Translations under genes and position numbers: made by a program
The notes under the pieces: model-generated
The model's input: the letters and a program-made list of their open reading frames with translations, nothing else
Told to the model about the DNA's origin: nothing
Database searches by the model: none
In this document: one piece after another, positions 12,401 through 29,161 of the stretch
Position numbering within the stretch: position 1 is the stretch's first letter
Layout of the letters: every line of letters begins with the position of its first letter
DNA from: Yuukianura sp. NJ FZ-2021
Taxonomy: Eukaryota
Reading direction: 5' to 3'
Assembly (NCBI GenBank): GCA_046563655.1
Contig: CM102283.1
Location: 2,790,001-2,854,000 of the forward strand
Length of the DNA stretch: 64,000 nt

Positions 12401-13124
12401 TCAAAATTTTTGAACCTTTTTCGAAATTTCAATTTTTGAAATTTGTCATTCCGTATTTGTTGAACTTAGACTGGCCGAAATCCAGTCCAACTTTCTTAGG
12501 CACGGTCGTCAACTGCCAGAAAGTTCAAGTCCGCGTGGCAATGTTTTGTCGTCACCGAGATTCGTCAGGATCAATGGCGGTGAGATTAGCATGAGTTTGA
12601 CCGTGACTGAAGTCATTGACCTTTGACCTTATTCCAGTTCCTAACAATACTGAACGTCGTTTGGCTCTACGGAGAGAACGCAGTTTGAGTCTGGAGCGAC
12701 TTCGGTCACAAACTGACATGTCGGAGCGTCCGGCAGTTTCCGGAGACCGTCGCGGGCGCAGTCGTGAACGTCGTCCGTTTACAAACGTCGGAGTTCAAAC
12801 AAAAACTTTCAAACCAAAACCAAGACTGACTAAATTTGGAGTCACTGGACGAACGACAACAGTAGCTCCTGTAGTGAGACAGTCTCAGAGAACAACTACT
12901 TCTACTAGTTTTGGAACCAAAGACAAAAGTATTAAATATAACTGATATATTTATGTTGATTTAGTATATTTAATTGAGTTTATTTAAATGATATAGACGC
13001 TGGAAGAGCAACAGACTTCGAAGGATCGCTGGAAGCTTTGCAAGCCTACTTAGAAGATACGAATCAAAAACTAACAGCCTACCAAAACTTTGGCAAAATC
13101 TACGACGGAGCTACCAACAAATGA
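9498..13124 (+). CDS. CCDC61: Coiled-coil domain-containing protein 61 (SAS6/XRCC4-like head, centriolar)
   Basis: Spliced head domain EEWSCHYDSKYIEELSQRTGNYKTFDIFIAMIKSALLK-STESVELDLMTYEDL...KRKYLIVKYVAEFDR-VHYPLAL, then a coiled coil, the FNPTSYVREKK motif and a C-terminal LEALQAYL. About 8 exons. Confidence 0.88.
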
Positions 13125-13923
13125 TTAGCAAACGTTATAACCGTTATATTTTCAAAACTGGATTGCATATAACTTATAAATTATAAGTTATATTTTTAGA
13201 CTCTCGCACTTTTTTAAAATATTAAACCGTTATGTTATAGCATAAGAAGTAATAACGCAAATAAGCTCATTAGCGGCCTCCGCAACGTCAATAACGACGT
13301 TAATATCGTTTTTAACTACGTTCATAACGCATTCAAATGACGTTCATAAAGTTTTTGACTGCATAACTATAAACGCGTCGATGAAAATGAAGAGCGTTTA
13401 TTTGATAAAAAATCATGGACTTGCTTAGCCATCTCACGGCTTCAACTAAACTAATTTTGAAGGCGGGAAAAACTTTAAGTTAAAAGAATTTGTTATTATT
13501 GTTGCAAAAAATCCTTCATGTGCACCTACTTCGACAGTAATGGGTGCAAGAAAGTTAAAGTTAATAAGTAGTATAAGATTAAATGTAGTTTGGTAGTTCA
13601 GTACTAAAAATAATTGACGACTAAAGTAGTTGATGGTTTCATGTTATCCAATTTTTAATTGTGAAAATCTAGTTTTTGAAGTACATTTTTGAAATTTATT
13701 GCCCAACTATGTCGGGTGACGTGGTTGGAGTGTAGGGAAGAATTTACATGGACATTGACCAAATTCTGTTTTTTTTTCTGTTGAACCAGGAGTTTTTGAA
13801 TTGGTTGATCAATTGATTTTTTTTAGAATAATAAAGTTAATTTAATCGTTGTACTAGAACAGCTGAAACTTGTGTGATTAATTAGACGGTTTACCTGATT
13901 AATCAATAAAGTATTTCGTAAGA

Positions 13924-15563
<1,640 letters not shown>

Positions 15564-16180
15564 AGTCTACAATAGCCTTTTAATAGCATTTACATTTCAA
15601 ATGCAAACTCGTCATCACCAAACTTATAGTATTGTTTGTGAAAGAAACACAAAAGTCAACAGTTTTAGTTACTAAACCACAGAACTCTGTCTGCTTAAAC
15701 TTCTGTTTTTATTGTTATCCGACCAGGGTGAAGCAATGCAATTAGAATACTAGGTAAAAGGCTTAAAGTCTATTAATTTCAAAGATTTCAAAATTTCCCT
15801 CCTTGTTTTCCGTTTTCCTCTTCTTGTTGTTAACGTTTACATCTCAAAACTGATAGTTCTAGTCTGTAGTTACTACCAGAGTTGTTAAAAAGTTGAACTT
15901 TTCTTCTAAATTCTGACAATTTATCCACTGCCCTGCCTGCAGTTGTTGGCTAGTTAAATGTCCGAATATAAAATAAAATTCAATTGCGCTAAAAATTTAC
16001 GACGTGAAAAATATCAACGGCGGTGTAAAAAAAAGAAAAAGATTCAATCTTATTCCCTTCTGTGTTAAAATCATGATATAAATCATCAGCGTGGCATCAA
16101 TAAATGTTTAGCAGATTTTCCAGTGATTTCCACAAAAAAAATTAGTTTTTGCTACAAATCCTACAGTACTGGGGGAATTC

Positions 16181-16443
16181 CAGTAAAAGAAATCTGCAGG
16201 ACCGTATCAACCAAAACCTAGCCTAAAATGAACTAACATATCACTACCACGCCATTGATTGATTTGGTAGGCTATGTAATTAATCTAAGTTTTAAGTTCC
16301 AAGTTCAAAAAACTATTTTATTAAGTTTCAGTTTCATTAGATCTACGTTTACTTTAAGTTAAAGTAAATTTCATGTTAGGTCAATTTTTTGATGTACCTT
16401 TAGTTTTCAGTAAGTTACGGTCCTGCCAAATTTATTTTTGCTG
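16181..16443. repeat. Small foldback/MITE-like element
   Basis: Imperfect inverted repeat of about 28 bp (core GCAGGACCGTA / TACGGTCCTGC) enclosing about 210 bp of AT-rich DNA. Confidence 0.4.
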
Positions 16444-19172
16444 CTGCGTCATCGGCTCATTTGACCTTGGGCTGAAAATGGTTTGATTTTTGGTCTCTGT
16501 TGGGTTGGGCTGTGCGTCACCAGATAACCACCTACCCCCGTCAATTCTGACCATAGTTACACCACTGCTCATGATTAGGACTTGTTCTCACAGTTTTCAT
16601 CGATTAAACTCAAGTCATGCTGTAGTCAATGAGCAAAAAAAGTTGAAGAACATGTCAATTTTTTGCAAATCCAGTACGTCCAAAAGTTAAAGTATACATG
16701 TGAATTTTTTATAAACCCAGAACGTCCAAAACTTAGGTGAGTTTTCACCAAACAGAAAGTCTGAAAGTAACAGGTTTTTCCACTATACAAATGCCTCCAA
16801 AAGTTGGAGTAGTACATATTGCTTTTGAACACAAATGGAAGCTTGAAAGAGTACAAATTGAAGGGAGCGCCGTACGTCAACCGTATTTCCGGGTCAAAAA
16901 AGGTGAGCTTAACTGTGAATCGTTCATATTGTCCCTGCTGAACAAAAGAGGCTTCATAAACTGCAAAGTGATTAATATGGAGCACTGTTTTATTCGATTA
17001 ATCTCATCGGAAGTTGCTGTAATAATATTGAACCCTGTGAGTCATAGGGCAGGGTGCTATAGCGTATAGTTCCTAGGAAGATTAGAGTGTGGTGATACAT
17101 TTTGAGTGGCTGTGAAGTGGGAGAGCGAAGAGGTTTGGCAGAAGATAGGAAGGACGGACAGGACGACGTCGCCTGTGACGAAGTCACTTGGGAAGCTTAC
17201 CTCAAACGACGCGTTTTACGAATCACTCTACCATTGGACCTCATCTCGAGTGACGACGGTGACGACGGGAGACGTACATCACAACAGCATCATCCACTTC
17301 TAACCAGAGGAACCCCAATTGTAAGTCTACACTTTGACTCACTACCAACACCATCTCCAATCCTCTTCTTTAACACCCAACTCCACTTCCAACACTCCAC
17401 AACCACTTAAGTTATTAACAGTTAGCTAATCATAGTCTTCTAACCTCCTATGGCTAGGTACTACATGATTGTACAACTCAAGGAGTCAATGGTCACCACT
17501 TGATAACTTAACCTCGTATTGATTAACTCCAAATCCAGGTTTCATGGGGAAACAGCTGATGGACAATTAGACTGCATGAGTCAGGATCCAGGTTCTGGAA
17601 GTAAGTAGGCATTCTATTTCCAGCAGTCACGAACACGATCCAGTTCCTGCAAGTAGGCAATCGCAATCTGCGTTTATTGAACGTTTTGGACTTCAAGTGG
17701 ACCATGTCATCAATTTAGGGAATATCATGTTGGCATTGGATGTCGGAATACTCACAAATACTTAGGTAGTTAGTGGCAAAGTTAGGTTCAGTACTGACAT
17801 TCTTGAGGTTCCATCCAGTAATCTATTTTTACTTTCTCTCGATTTTTTTCACCGCATTTTCCGTTTGTGCTAGTAATGTTTTATGAATTAGTTTGGAGCT
17901 AGTATAACCGATATAATAACTGAATGACATTTCACACAAAATCATAGCTTTACACAAAATACTCGACATCACCGAGGAGACTTACGAGTAATCGTAGTAA
18001 TCGAGTAATCCTTAATAGTAAAAAAAACTCTGTAAATTCAGAGGATTTGGTCTCACTTTCATCATTTACAAGACTTAAATGTAGTCAGGTCAAGCTAACA
18101 ATTTGAAGGTCTTTCTTGTTTGGCAAGGATTTATTGGATTCTTTTGACCTTGAGGCTGACGACCAAGGCCAAACGATGATTTGCTCTTGTGCTATTCATG
18201 TACTTTCGAATGTTGCAATTTCGTAAGCAGTAAATGCAAACGGAAGGAAGCGAAAAATTTCCTTTTCTCTCTCTCCTCAATTCTCAGAGCGTTAAACGCC
18301 GGTAATTTATTTATGAAGGCTGCTGCAGAAGATCGATACTGTACAATCACAATACTGCAAACCCACTTGTTGTCATCGTTTTGGTTTGATTTGACCCCGG
18401 ATGACCTCTGATTGGTGTCACATGCCTTGGGTTTATCGGTTCTCCACTTTCGATATCGATATTCATTTCAAAGTTTATTGTTTTGGCGCGATACAGAATC
18501 AGAAAATTGATTTCCGAAAGCAAATATTTGGAGAAAGCCATTTTTCTTAAAATGCAATTTTGAATTTATGAGTGCCCGGAATGTCACGTGACACTGCATG
18601 GAGTCACATGACATCGGCATGACAGTGTGGGAAATCCATATCCATCAGCGCTTCAGACCTCCAGCGTTCCAGCGATTACTAAAAAAAGAACAACGTTGCA
18701 GTTGCAATGAAACAGAGAACTCTCTCTGATTATGAGAAGATGCTCCTCGTTAAATTTGATTGGATGAGTCAAAGTCGTCATGTTTACGTCAACGTCTCCA
18801 AGTGACGATTTTGACGACAAAGTTCCTGGAGTTGTTTTTTCCCAATGGCTTGACTGGTTAACCACCTTCAAAATTGTGATAAAATTCTAAATTTGGTAAA
18901 TTGTAAAACTTGAACTTAATTTTGATTCAGCGGAAACAATTTGAGGAGTGTACAGACAGACTGTCCCCCCCCCCCAAAAACATAGTTTTCTTGCACTGTC
19001 CAGCTAGACTGTTTGAAGTTTTTTTCTACAAAAAAAAAAAAACAAACAAACATTTTCTAAAAACCAAAAATTTTATAACCACCGAACTTTTTTTTTGACT
19101 AAACAGTTTGACCAATCGTGTTGTTCCGTTTTAAATGGGTTCATTCTTGTATTCCAGAGTGCCGGTCTACCA

Positions 19173-22100
19173 ATGGACGTCATTATACCCGACGTGAAGC
19201 CGGAGATTGACGAGCTGTCTCCGTCTGGCAGTGGACAAGTAGAGGAACATGTGAATGCTGGACAAGTATCCAAGGCTCCAGCAAGTAACAACAACACAAT
19301 CAAAACTTTGTCGGCGCAACAAGTGAAGGCTTTACAACTACAACATCAGAGTCAGATCAATACGACGTCAGGGTCGGGTGGTGGGACGGTGTACATCAAC
19401 AGTGCCAGTGGAACCCTCTTGGCCAATCCAACTCCACAGCCACAATCTTCGGTTAGAACTTCAACAATACTGGCAACAACTCCTGCCACCCCGGCTTCAA
19501 TTGTTGCTTCCTCGGGCAAGCAACAGTTGCAGTCAATGGCCAAATCAACTGGGCTCAATATTGTGCATGTCACATTACCTCAGGTGGAACGAAATTTTTA
19601 AATTTTGAAACCAAAATTAGTAACTTTTTCGAAAAAGTTTCTAAACTTTTCTGCATAACTTTTGTTTTTTCGTTCTCAATCAGTTTTTCTTTCCAAACTT
19701 AACTTTTTTGTGTTTTTTTTAACTTTACTTTTGGTTTCTTTTTATTTTTCTCCACCTTTCGCTTTTGTTTAGTTTCATGCATGAGCTCTTGTTGTTTTCG
19801 TTACGTCAAAATCAATATCCGTTTGGCGCCAAAGTCAAATTTGACGTCAAAATGGATATCAATGCTACGTCAAATTCGATGCGGTGTTAAGCCATTGACA
19901 TGTTTTGTTGTCGAAAGTGCACTACTGAAATTAGATTTGTCACTTCTGATGAGTTCGGATGACGCGATGATGACAAGACAAACAAACACAAAATTCGTCA
20001 TTTTTTTTTTCAAAAAACGCATTCACTCGTTCAAGAGAAATTGACAATGAAAACTGAAATTGCCAGACCATGAATCGCTGAGCTGATTGATGCTGAATGC
20101 TGAGCTCAACTTAAAAAAAAATTAAAGCAAACTTTTATTAAAATTCAAAATTCCATACCACTTGTGTTTAGTATACAGAAGTTTCAATTTTTAAGTTTCT
20201 ATCTGCTTCTGCTCTTTTGAGTTCTGTATTTTTTAACAACAGAAAAACACAGCTTTTTCCTCATAATTTTGATTGCTTAGAGACAAAATTTAAAGTTTAT
20301 ACATACGCTGAAAAAGTTCGAATTTTGTCATTCTGTTCGATTAGAGATAGGGGTCGAAATTCGGATTTTAACTTCGGATTCAAATCCGAATTTTTGACGA
20401 ATCCGAATAATTCGGAATTCGGATTTGACATCATGCGAATTCGGATTCAGACGAATTTGAGACTTAAATAGATGTAGGCGCAAATTTAAATTTTAAGAGC
20501 AAGAAATTGAAGTAACTGAAGAACCCCAGAATTTAGCAAAAAAAGAACAAACGCTTACGTACTGAACTGGAATCAAAACTCGATCAGGCATTAGATGACA
20601 TCTCAAAGCGTGCTCATCGATTCAAAACAAAATCTGGTGAAAAGGACTTAACGGCAACAATTAAGAAGGAAATGACCATGTTCGAAAATGGTGGTAACCG
20701 GGGACTACATTTGGAGCTCTGCTACAATTTCCTAAAAATTGTTCCACCAACAACAGTTGAAGCGGAGAGATCATTTTCGTCTGCCGGATATTTTTGTAAC
20801 AAAATACGATCACGCCTAAGCGATGACACTTTAGACAAACTCTGCTTTCTTCGTTCATATTTTCAGGTTCTCTCATTTACTGAGAGTCGTAGTGTTCACT
20901 ACTGAGTTTCAATACTTTTTACTTTAGAAAACAAGCTCAACATAAACGGGTAGTTAGTGTTCAATTATAAACAAAAGTGTTATTTTTTCATTACTGTAAG
21001 GGCGAATTTCTTAAAAAAAAATGAAATCCGAATCCGAATTCGGATTTTGCCGAGATGAAATTCGGATAAATTCGGAATTCGGATTTGGGCAAAACCTCGA
21101 CGAATTTCGACCCCTAATTAGAGACCAGTTAAGCAGCATTCAGCATCAGCTTCAGTAGATTCAGCATCAGCATCATCTATCATCAGTAGATTCAGCATCA
21201 GCATCATCTATCATCAGTAGATTCAGCATCAGCATCATCTATCATCAGTAGATTCAGCATCAGCAACATCTATCATCAGTAGATTCAGCATCAGCATCAG
21301 TAGATTCAGCATCAGCATCAGTAGATTTAGCATCAGCATCAGCATCATCCATCATCTGTAGATTCAGCATCAGCATCATCATCAGTAGGTTCGGCATCAG
21401 TATCATTACATTCAGCATTAGTAGAGACGGTAGCAATCAATGGTTGTTTACTTTCCGAAAGTTTTAGTTAAAAATTTGATTCAAAATTTCCAAGTTGTAA
21501 GTTTGTGCCGATGCTTTTATTAAGTTAAATTTGACGTTTGGACAAAAATAGCCTAACGAAAAGTAGTAGACGCAAATGTGAAAGAGCTGTTTGCTGAAAA
21601 GTGTTTTGCAAGAAAAAAAAGAGTCCGTACCTAGTTTTAACCAACAACGAGTTTGAAATGACGTCAATCTTTTTGGTTTGGTGGCTAGTGCAACTAAACA
21701 TGATCTGACTGATACTACAAAAAAAAAGTTAAGTGTGTGTGAGCCACCCCAGGTTTTTAGTTTTTACGTCATCCGGAAACTAAGTACGTTTGATAATCAG
21801 TGAAAAGTATTCGAGAAAAAGTCTAATTACAAAAATACAACTGCTATAGTCGACATAGTGCTAAAAGTCTAATAGTGAAGTGCTTTCGATTCAATTTGCA
21901 ATAAGAAAGAAAGTTTTTGAAGTCAGTAGGCATTTGGAGGTTGTTTACAACAGACACGCTCCATAAAAATTAGGTTTTTGTATTTTCTTATTACTTACGT
22001 CAAGGACCGTGTCATTGTGTATTTCATTCCATTCAACAAGTGCCATTTCTAATGAAACACAGTAATTAACACTTTTACATAACTTCAACTTGGTCATTCC

Positions 22101-24014
22101 GAGCCTATTTTCAACTCAAACTGTCCACTTTTTGAAAAAAAGACACTAGGTCAAAGTTCAACGTCAAATTTGGCTTTTGACGAACGTCGATCCCATAAAA
22201 ACGACACTTTTTTGAAATCTCGCTGCAACAAGAACAGCTGAACCAAATCGCTGCTAAAACTTATCGGTATTTTCCACTTTTTGAAAATTTTTACTTTTAT
22301 GAAAAGTTAGCTTAGGAAAAAGTTGAACAATTTTAAGTGGTTTTGAACTGAACGTCATTGAAAGATAGTTTTTGTCAAAATTTTGACGATAGTCAATGTT
22401 TTGGTAAAAATTTATGACACTTTTTAGTGTATTATTTGATGACGTCACGTTGACGTTGTCGTGATTCACACATCACGCATCCGGATTTTGTCACAAGTGA
22501 CGCCAGTGCTGCTAAGTTTTAGTTTTTCTATGATTTTTTGATAAAAGTGGATAAAATTTTGATTTAATTGATTAATTTCGTTAATTAATTGTGTATTTTT
22601 TATTCTAGTCGGTGATCCAGTCTCCATCTTCGGTGATACATAGTGCTTCTGGTCAAATCCAATTGTCAAAAGGGAACGTTATTTTGGTATCGTCCAAAGC
22701 CCCGTCCGGTGTAATTCAAGCAACAAGTGGAGCTCTGCAGGCCGTCCAGCTCCTGGAATCACAGCAACAGCAACTGAACAACAGTGACGAGTCGGGGTCC
22801 AACGACGGTGTGGATCTGCCGCCAAGGGCTGCTGGAACTGGTGCTGGTGCTGATCGGAAACGACGTGAAATTTTGACACGAAGGCCTTCCTACAGGAAGA
22901 TCCTCAACGACCTTGGTGGTGCTGAAATAACGGGTAGGTTGAGGAACGAAAAAAAAGTTGGAGGAAGGTTGAATCGAACCGGAGGCTTTTCCGTGGTTGG
23001 TTACGACAAACAGTTATACGACGTCGTAGTTTGCGGTTAATGACGTCGCAGTAGTCTAGAGTAGCTGAAATACTGGATGCTGCCGGCACAAATGACGTCA
23101 TTGGTGGTTCTGAGTCTGCGTCAACCATTAACTACCGTCATTACCCAAAGTTGTACCAGTTTGAACAAGAGTTGGAAAAAAAGAGAGTTTTTTTTTGTAA
23201 ACAAGCCAGACTTTAACTTGTCACAACCAGCCCCAAGTTGGCCACGCGTTCGATTCAACCTACCCCAACTTTTTTTGGTCGTTAGGATGATCCAAATGTT
23301 AATTTAGAGTAACCCAAATACTAATTGTTATGTTTTACTCTATCAGGAGAGCGCGGAGATTCAACTGCGACAACTTCCGAGTCAAGTCAAGACGGAATTG
23401 AGGACGACGGAGCCGGAAACATCATCATCGGAGGTCAATCATATCCGCAGTCCGTCGTCAAAGTTTTAAACGCCAACGCCCTGGGTTTAAGCGGTCCCGG
23501 CACGGCGGACGCCGCGGCGTCACTCCAGACCATCACCATGACGAACGCTGGAACGGGCGGTACGATTGTCCAGTACGCTCATCCCGATGGGCAGCCCTTC
23601 TATGTTCCAGGTAACCACTGGACAAGTTCTCCCGGTAATTACTAATTAGTCAATCACTAATTAACGAAATTGACCAAGGTGTTTATTTGATTTGCTAATG
23701 TTGCAGTAAGTGGAGACATTCAAGCCTATACTATTCGTCCAATGTCCTCTGCCAATAGTAACACTCCGACAGTAGTAGTTCATGGTGGAGGAGGCGGAGG
23801 AGGAGGACATCATCATCCTCCGGAGGAACAGACAAGGAAAAGGGAAATCCGATTACTCAAAAACCGGGAAGCAGCAAGGGAATGTCGGAGGAAAAAGAAA
23901 GAGTATATCAAATGTCTGGAAAATCGAGTGGCCGTACTGGAAAATCAAAATAAGGCGCTGATAGATGAACTCAAGAGTCTAAAAGAACTTTACTGTCAGC
24001 AGAAAGTAGAGTAA
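19173..24014 (+). CDS. CREB: cAMP-responsive element-binding protein (CREB/ATF1/CREM family)
   Basis: Exons about 19158-19582, 22608-22932, 23348-23610 and 23707-24014. Contains a Gln-rich Q1, the KID domain REILTRRPSYRKILNDL, Q2 (LQTITMTNA, TIVQYA) and the bZIP KREIRLLKNREAARECRRKKKEYIKCLENRVAVLENQNKALIDELKSLKELYC. Confidence 0.96.
20348..21116 (+). mobile_element. Non-autonomous hAT DNA transposon (internal deletion derivative) in a CREB intron
   Basis: TIRs TAGGGGTCGAAATTCG...CGAATTTCGACCCCTA with an 8-bp TSD ATTAGAGA (20340-20347 and 21117-21124). Subterminal TTCGGA repeats. Retains the hAT C-terminal dimerisation motif PPTTVEAERSFSSAG..CNKIRSRLSD. Confidence 0.92.
21132..21420. repeat. 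Tandem minisatellite (about 31-bp unit built from CAGCAT)
   Basis: Repeats of CAGTAGATTCAGCATCAGCATCATCTATCAT with degenerate copies. Confidence 0.9.
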
Positions 24015-25499
24015 TGGACAGTTAACAGTCAGGGTTTTAATTAACTAATTGAGTTTAAGTTAACTAACATAAGTTTAGATTGCCCCCCAGAATTTTGGAA
24101 TTTGTAAAATTTGCATATGTTTTGCAACTTTTACAATTTTGACAACATATGGAAGTTGAAACTAAACGTTTTTTAAATTAAGCCACGCCCCTTTCCTCCC
24201 CGAACTACTAATGGCTTCTGGTCCAATCAAATCCAAGTAATTGAAAAGCCGAATTTCCATTGTTTTACTTTCCATTATTGTCTTCAGAAAAACAATTAGT
24301 ACCTAAATAGTTTTAGGAAATTAAATATCATGTACATAACTAAGGTTAGATTAACTAACTATAAGTAGATTAGGTAAAGTTGGGTTAAATGACTATAAGG
24401 TTGGGTGACTAACTTTTAGTGTGGAGAATAGTCAAGGTCGTTCAAGGTTTTTAAATGTTTTTTAACTTCCCTCACTTTCAAAATTCAAAGTTTTTCAACC
24501 TGCCATAATTTTTTTTTTTTCCAAATCTGTGAAACCTTGGTCGTTATGTCATTCTCAGAAGTGAGACTGGTGATGATGCAGTTTAATTTTTCCCAGTTAC
24601 TAACTTAACTAATCCTACAAGTAAGCGTTAGAATTTCGAGAATACTATTTGGAAAATTTGTTTTTGAAAATTTTTCGAAATTTGGAATCTAGTAATTTCT
24701 GTTTTTGTTTTAACACCCCCGCTTCATCTTGTTCTCATTCTGATTAGGAAGTATTTTTTTTTAAACCAGTTTTAAAAACTTGACCAGCCATCATCACCTT
24801 CATGAGTTTTAAATTTAGTATATTTTTGAAAAACGAAGTTAGGGTTAAAACTAAATGTGTGCTAACTTAAGGGACGAGTATAAAGTTTGTTTTTTGGTTA
24901 GTGAGGACTAAACTTCTTTTCAAACAGAATTTTGATTTTGTGTTTTTCAAAATTTAGAACTTTAACTTTTGTAAGGTAAAAGAAAAAAACACACTAAAAT
25001 ACTTCGGGTTTTTTGGTGAAAGAAAACTTGCTCGCATGTCGTGATTTTTTGGGAACTCACGTAAGAGAAGTTTTTAAAAAATAAAAATGAAATAAAGAAA
25101 CTACTTTAAAAAAAAACTGTTTTTGAACAAGGTTTAAAAAAAATTAACTCCGTTTTGAAATTGTAACATTTTACTTTCTCCGGTTATAATTGCTAACACT
25201 TTACTTTAGGTAAAATTTCGATTTTTGGACAAAAGTACTTACAATGTAATTTAAGTCCGTTTAAAAATAAAGTGTCCAAGTGGACTGACATGAGGCTTAG
25301 CTTTCTCAAAACGAGCTAAACTAATTAACAATTTGCTTAGAAAATGGGTTTGCACAGCAATTATTTCTTAAGATTGTAGTTAATGCCAGAAAAAAACAGC
25401 GATTGTTTAGCAGCTAAGCGCATACATATGTACAAATCCATAACTTAAATGGCAAGCGTAAGGTGTTCAACAGAATGGAGAAGCTGGAGGGAGTAACTA

Positions 25500-26376
<877 letters not shown>

Positions 26377-27601
26377 TGCAGTGTTGATTGAGTGCGGCCG
26401 AAACGAGAACGAGAACTTGACCGGCCAACAGCTGTGTCTCGTCAAACCGATGAGCAGGGCACGTTGACCTTGTGAAATTGGATGACTTCGGTAATTCGTG
26501 TGAAGTTATTTGATGATTAATTGGTAACTTTGATTGAAATTGTAGTGTTTAATTGGAATGTTATGTTCTAGAACAAGTTTTAGGAAGGAACAGCGTGGTC
26601 GAGAAGCAGAAGGCATGCAAGTGCAATGCTTTACAATTCAAAACAAAACGGCACCACAAAAATGTGCAAAACTGCGCATCGCAATTTCATCAGTAAAGTG
26701 TGTTTCTTGATTCGAAATTTTGCGAATTTGGCTTTTATAACTTTCTCTAATCTCAACGATTCGGAAACGAAAAGAAGGATGATGCAAAAAATTCTATTGT
26801 TTACAAATCAACAAACATCTCAAGAAATCAATCATTTACTACTCACTATGGTAACAAAAGTAAGCAAAATATTGTTATAATGTTTTTAATGCAAATCATA
26901 AAAAGTATTTCGTAAAACGATTTCTGAAAAGTAAAACAAAAACGTTTAGAAAATGGGGCATGGTGTCCTCTGGGGATTTTCTGCCTTCCCCGGGAAATTT
27001 GGGTAATCCCCGGGGTTTTTCGCGGGAATTTGGGAATGTTCGAGGCTTTTGCGATGCTTTGTAAAGCACGGGCACAGCTTCTGCGCAAACGCCTGTATTT
27101 TAAGTAGCAATACTTTTTTTTGTTAACTACACTGTACGTAAGCGAAAGTATTTTAAAAAGTACACAATTTGTGTGCTACAAGTTACACTTCACACGCGTA
27201 CACTAATAAATGCACATGGTTTCGTAAAAATCCTTGAATTTTCGAAATTTTGAAATTGTTCAATTCTAAGGTCATTTTTAATTGAATTGCGATAAGCAAA
27301 TTAGTTGCTGTTTTTCTTGTAGTGTATTTTATGGGTTGCATGTATTTTGAATCCAAATTGAGATTTTGAGAGATAGAATTGAAATTTTGGAGACTTTTTG
27401 ATGATTGTCATAATCAATTCGCAAAATTTTTAGGTTTGTCGGTAATGGTTTTTGAATTGATCACGCACGCCTTTAATTCCGAAATTATTGTTTGAAATTC
27501 ATTTAAAAAGGATAAATTTTTCGAAAAAATCACTCACGCTTCTTTTTCGTCCCAATTTGAATTTTCCAAAAAAAATTTATCGAGAAATCTTCATTTTGAA
27601 A

Positions 27602-28003
27602 ATGAAAGTTGCTCTGATTCTCGTCGCCACTTTGGCTGTCTTCCTCGTCTTGTCTGCGCAGGTAGTTGAATAGTTTGGAAAATTTCATGAAATTTTTCCT
27701 AAAAATATTCAATTTAACTTCTAAAATCCTCAAATATTTAGTTGTATGAATTCCTGAACAAAAGTTAATGAGTTTTAATTCTTGTCAACTAGCCCGCGGA
27801 TGCCGTTGATACTGCCAACCAAGGTGTTGATGAAGGCGTGTTGAGTAAGTTATTAAGTTACGATTAGTTAATAATGTTAATTAATCTTTAACTGATTTAG
27901 TTTAATTGTGAATTATATAGACACGTTTGGAGCGACAGATAGACAGAAGAATGCTAAAGAAGCTGCCGATAAGAAGAAAGAGAAGCACCACAAAGATGCC
28001 TAG
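27602..28003 (+). CDS. Small secreted Lys-rich peptide, family copy 1 (divergent)
   Basis: Three exons (27602-27661, 27793-27844, 27921-28003) giving MKVALILVATLAVFLVLSAQ-PADAVDTANQGVDEGVL-NTFGATDRQKNAKEAADKKKEKHHKDA*. Intron phases match copies 2-4. Confidence 0.75.
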
Positions 28004-29161
28004 GCGGGAATTTAAAAAACAAAAGATGGACTGTCTCACCCTAAAATAAACTTTATTAGAATCTAAAAAAAAAGTAAACATGATTTATGAAATTGGCATT
28101 TTCGAAATTTCCATCCGAATAAACTTTTAAATAGTAAATATAAATCTCCGTCTTCAGAAAGTTGTCTTTTTCTACTGCTCCTTTTTGACGTTTCAAAATT
28201 TTGAAATGATTTTCTGAACTCCAGACAAATTAGTATACAAGAAAGGTGTCTGATGACTAAACTCATTAATACCACTAAAATTTAATGCAATGTTAATTTT
28301 CATTTTGTCGAGTTAAGCTTATTAAGAAAGTAGTTAAAGCTTCTTCATAATCTTGTTCGTGTGTCTGTCTGTCTGGGTTTCTGTCTCTCTGTAGATTTTT
28401 TACGGAAGTCACTTGATCGATTTCAAATCTGTTTTTTAAATTGATAAAATATCTCAAAATTAAGCATATGTTTTTTTTAATTCATTAATTGATAATTAAT
28501 CAATCGGTAAATTAATGACAAAAAACTTAATAGGAACCATAAGCAAGATTAAATATTAAATATGTTAGGTTAATAAATTAAATTTATTACATAGTCAATA
28601 AATAATTAATTAATTCATTAAATTGTTAATAAAATTATGATGAAATGAATCTTGTTCACTTCAAATGACATCTTCAATATAAAATCTCACCACTATTGTA
28701 CCTACATACTTTACAATCCAAAATTTTCGTTTCACCCAACACTGAATAACTGTCCAAATTTTATGCATTTCGTTCTTCCCTGTTACGTTCTGGTTTGCGA
28801 TACTTTAGCACATCCGGAATCATCTTCTTTGTTGCTTTAAAGTTTAGATATTGCGGATGTTTTTGAAAACGCGGATAAGCGGAAGTTTTGCCAATTAGGT
28901 TTTTAGAAACGCGTTCAAGGATTCGCGTGAGCATGCGCATTCAACTTTCAAAGATTCCTTTCACAAAAAGTTAAAATCACGCCCAATCTAAATAGCCACT
29001 AATTTTTAATGATTGAATCAATCATGCAACTCTTCGTTTTTGTTCAGGAAACAAACAAGGTCCGATTTTGGTATAAATTAGCCAAAAATTGTTCAATTTA
29101 AATCACACTAATACTTTCTTCTCAAAATTCAAAAAATCCCAACTTCGTCTTAAAAATCAAA

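Noticed and set aside
21132-21420. CRISPR-like regular repeats (also 35575-36070)
   Set aside because: Head-to-tail repeats without unique spacers, no cas genes, and a eukaryotic context.
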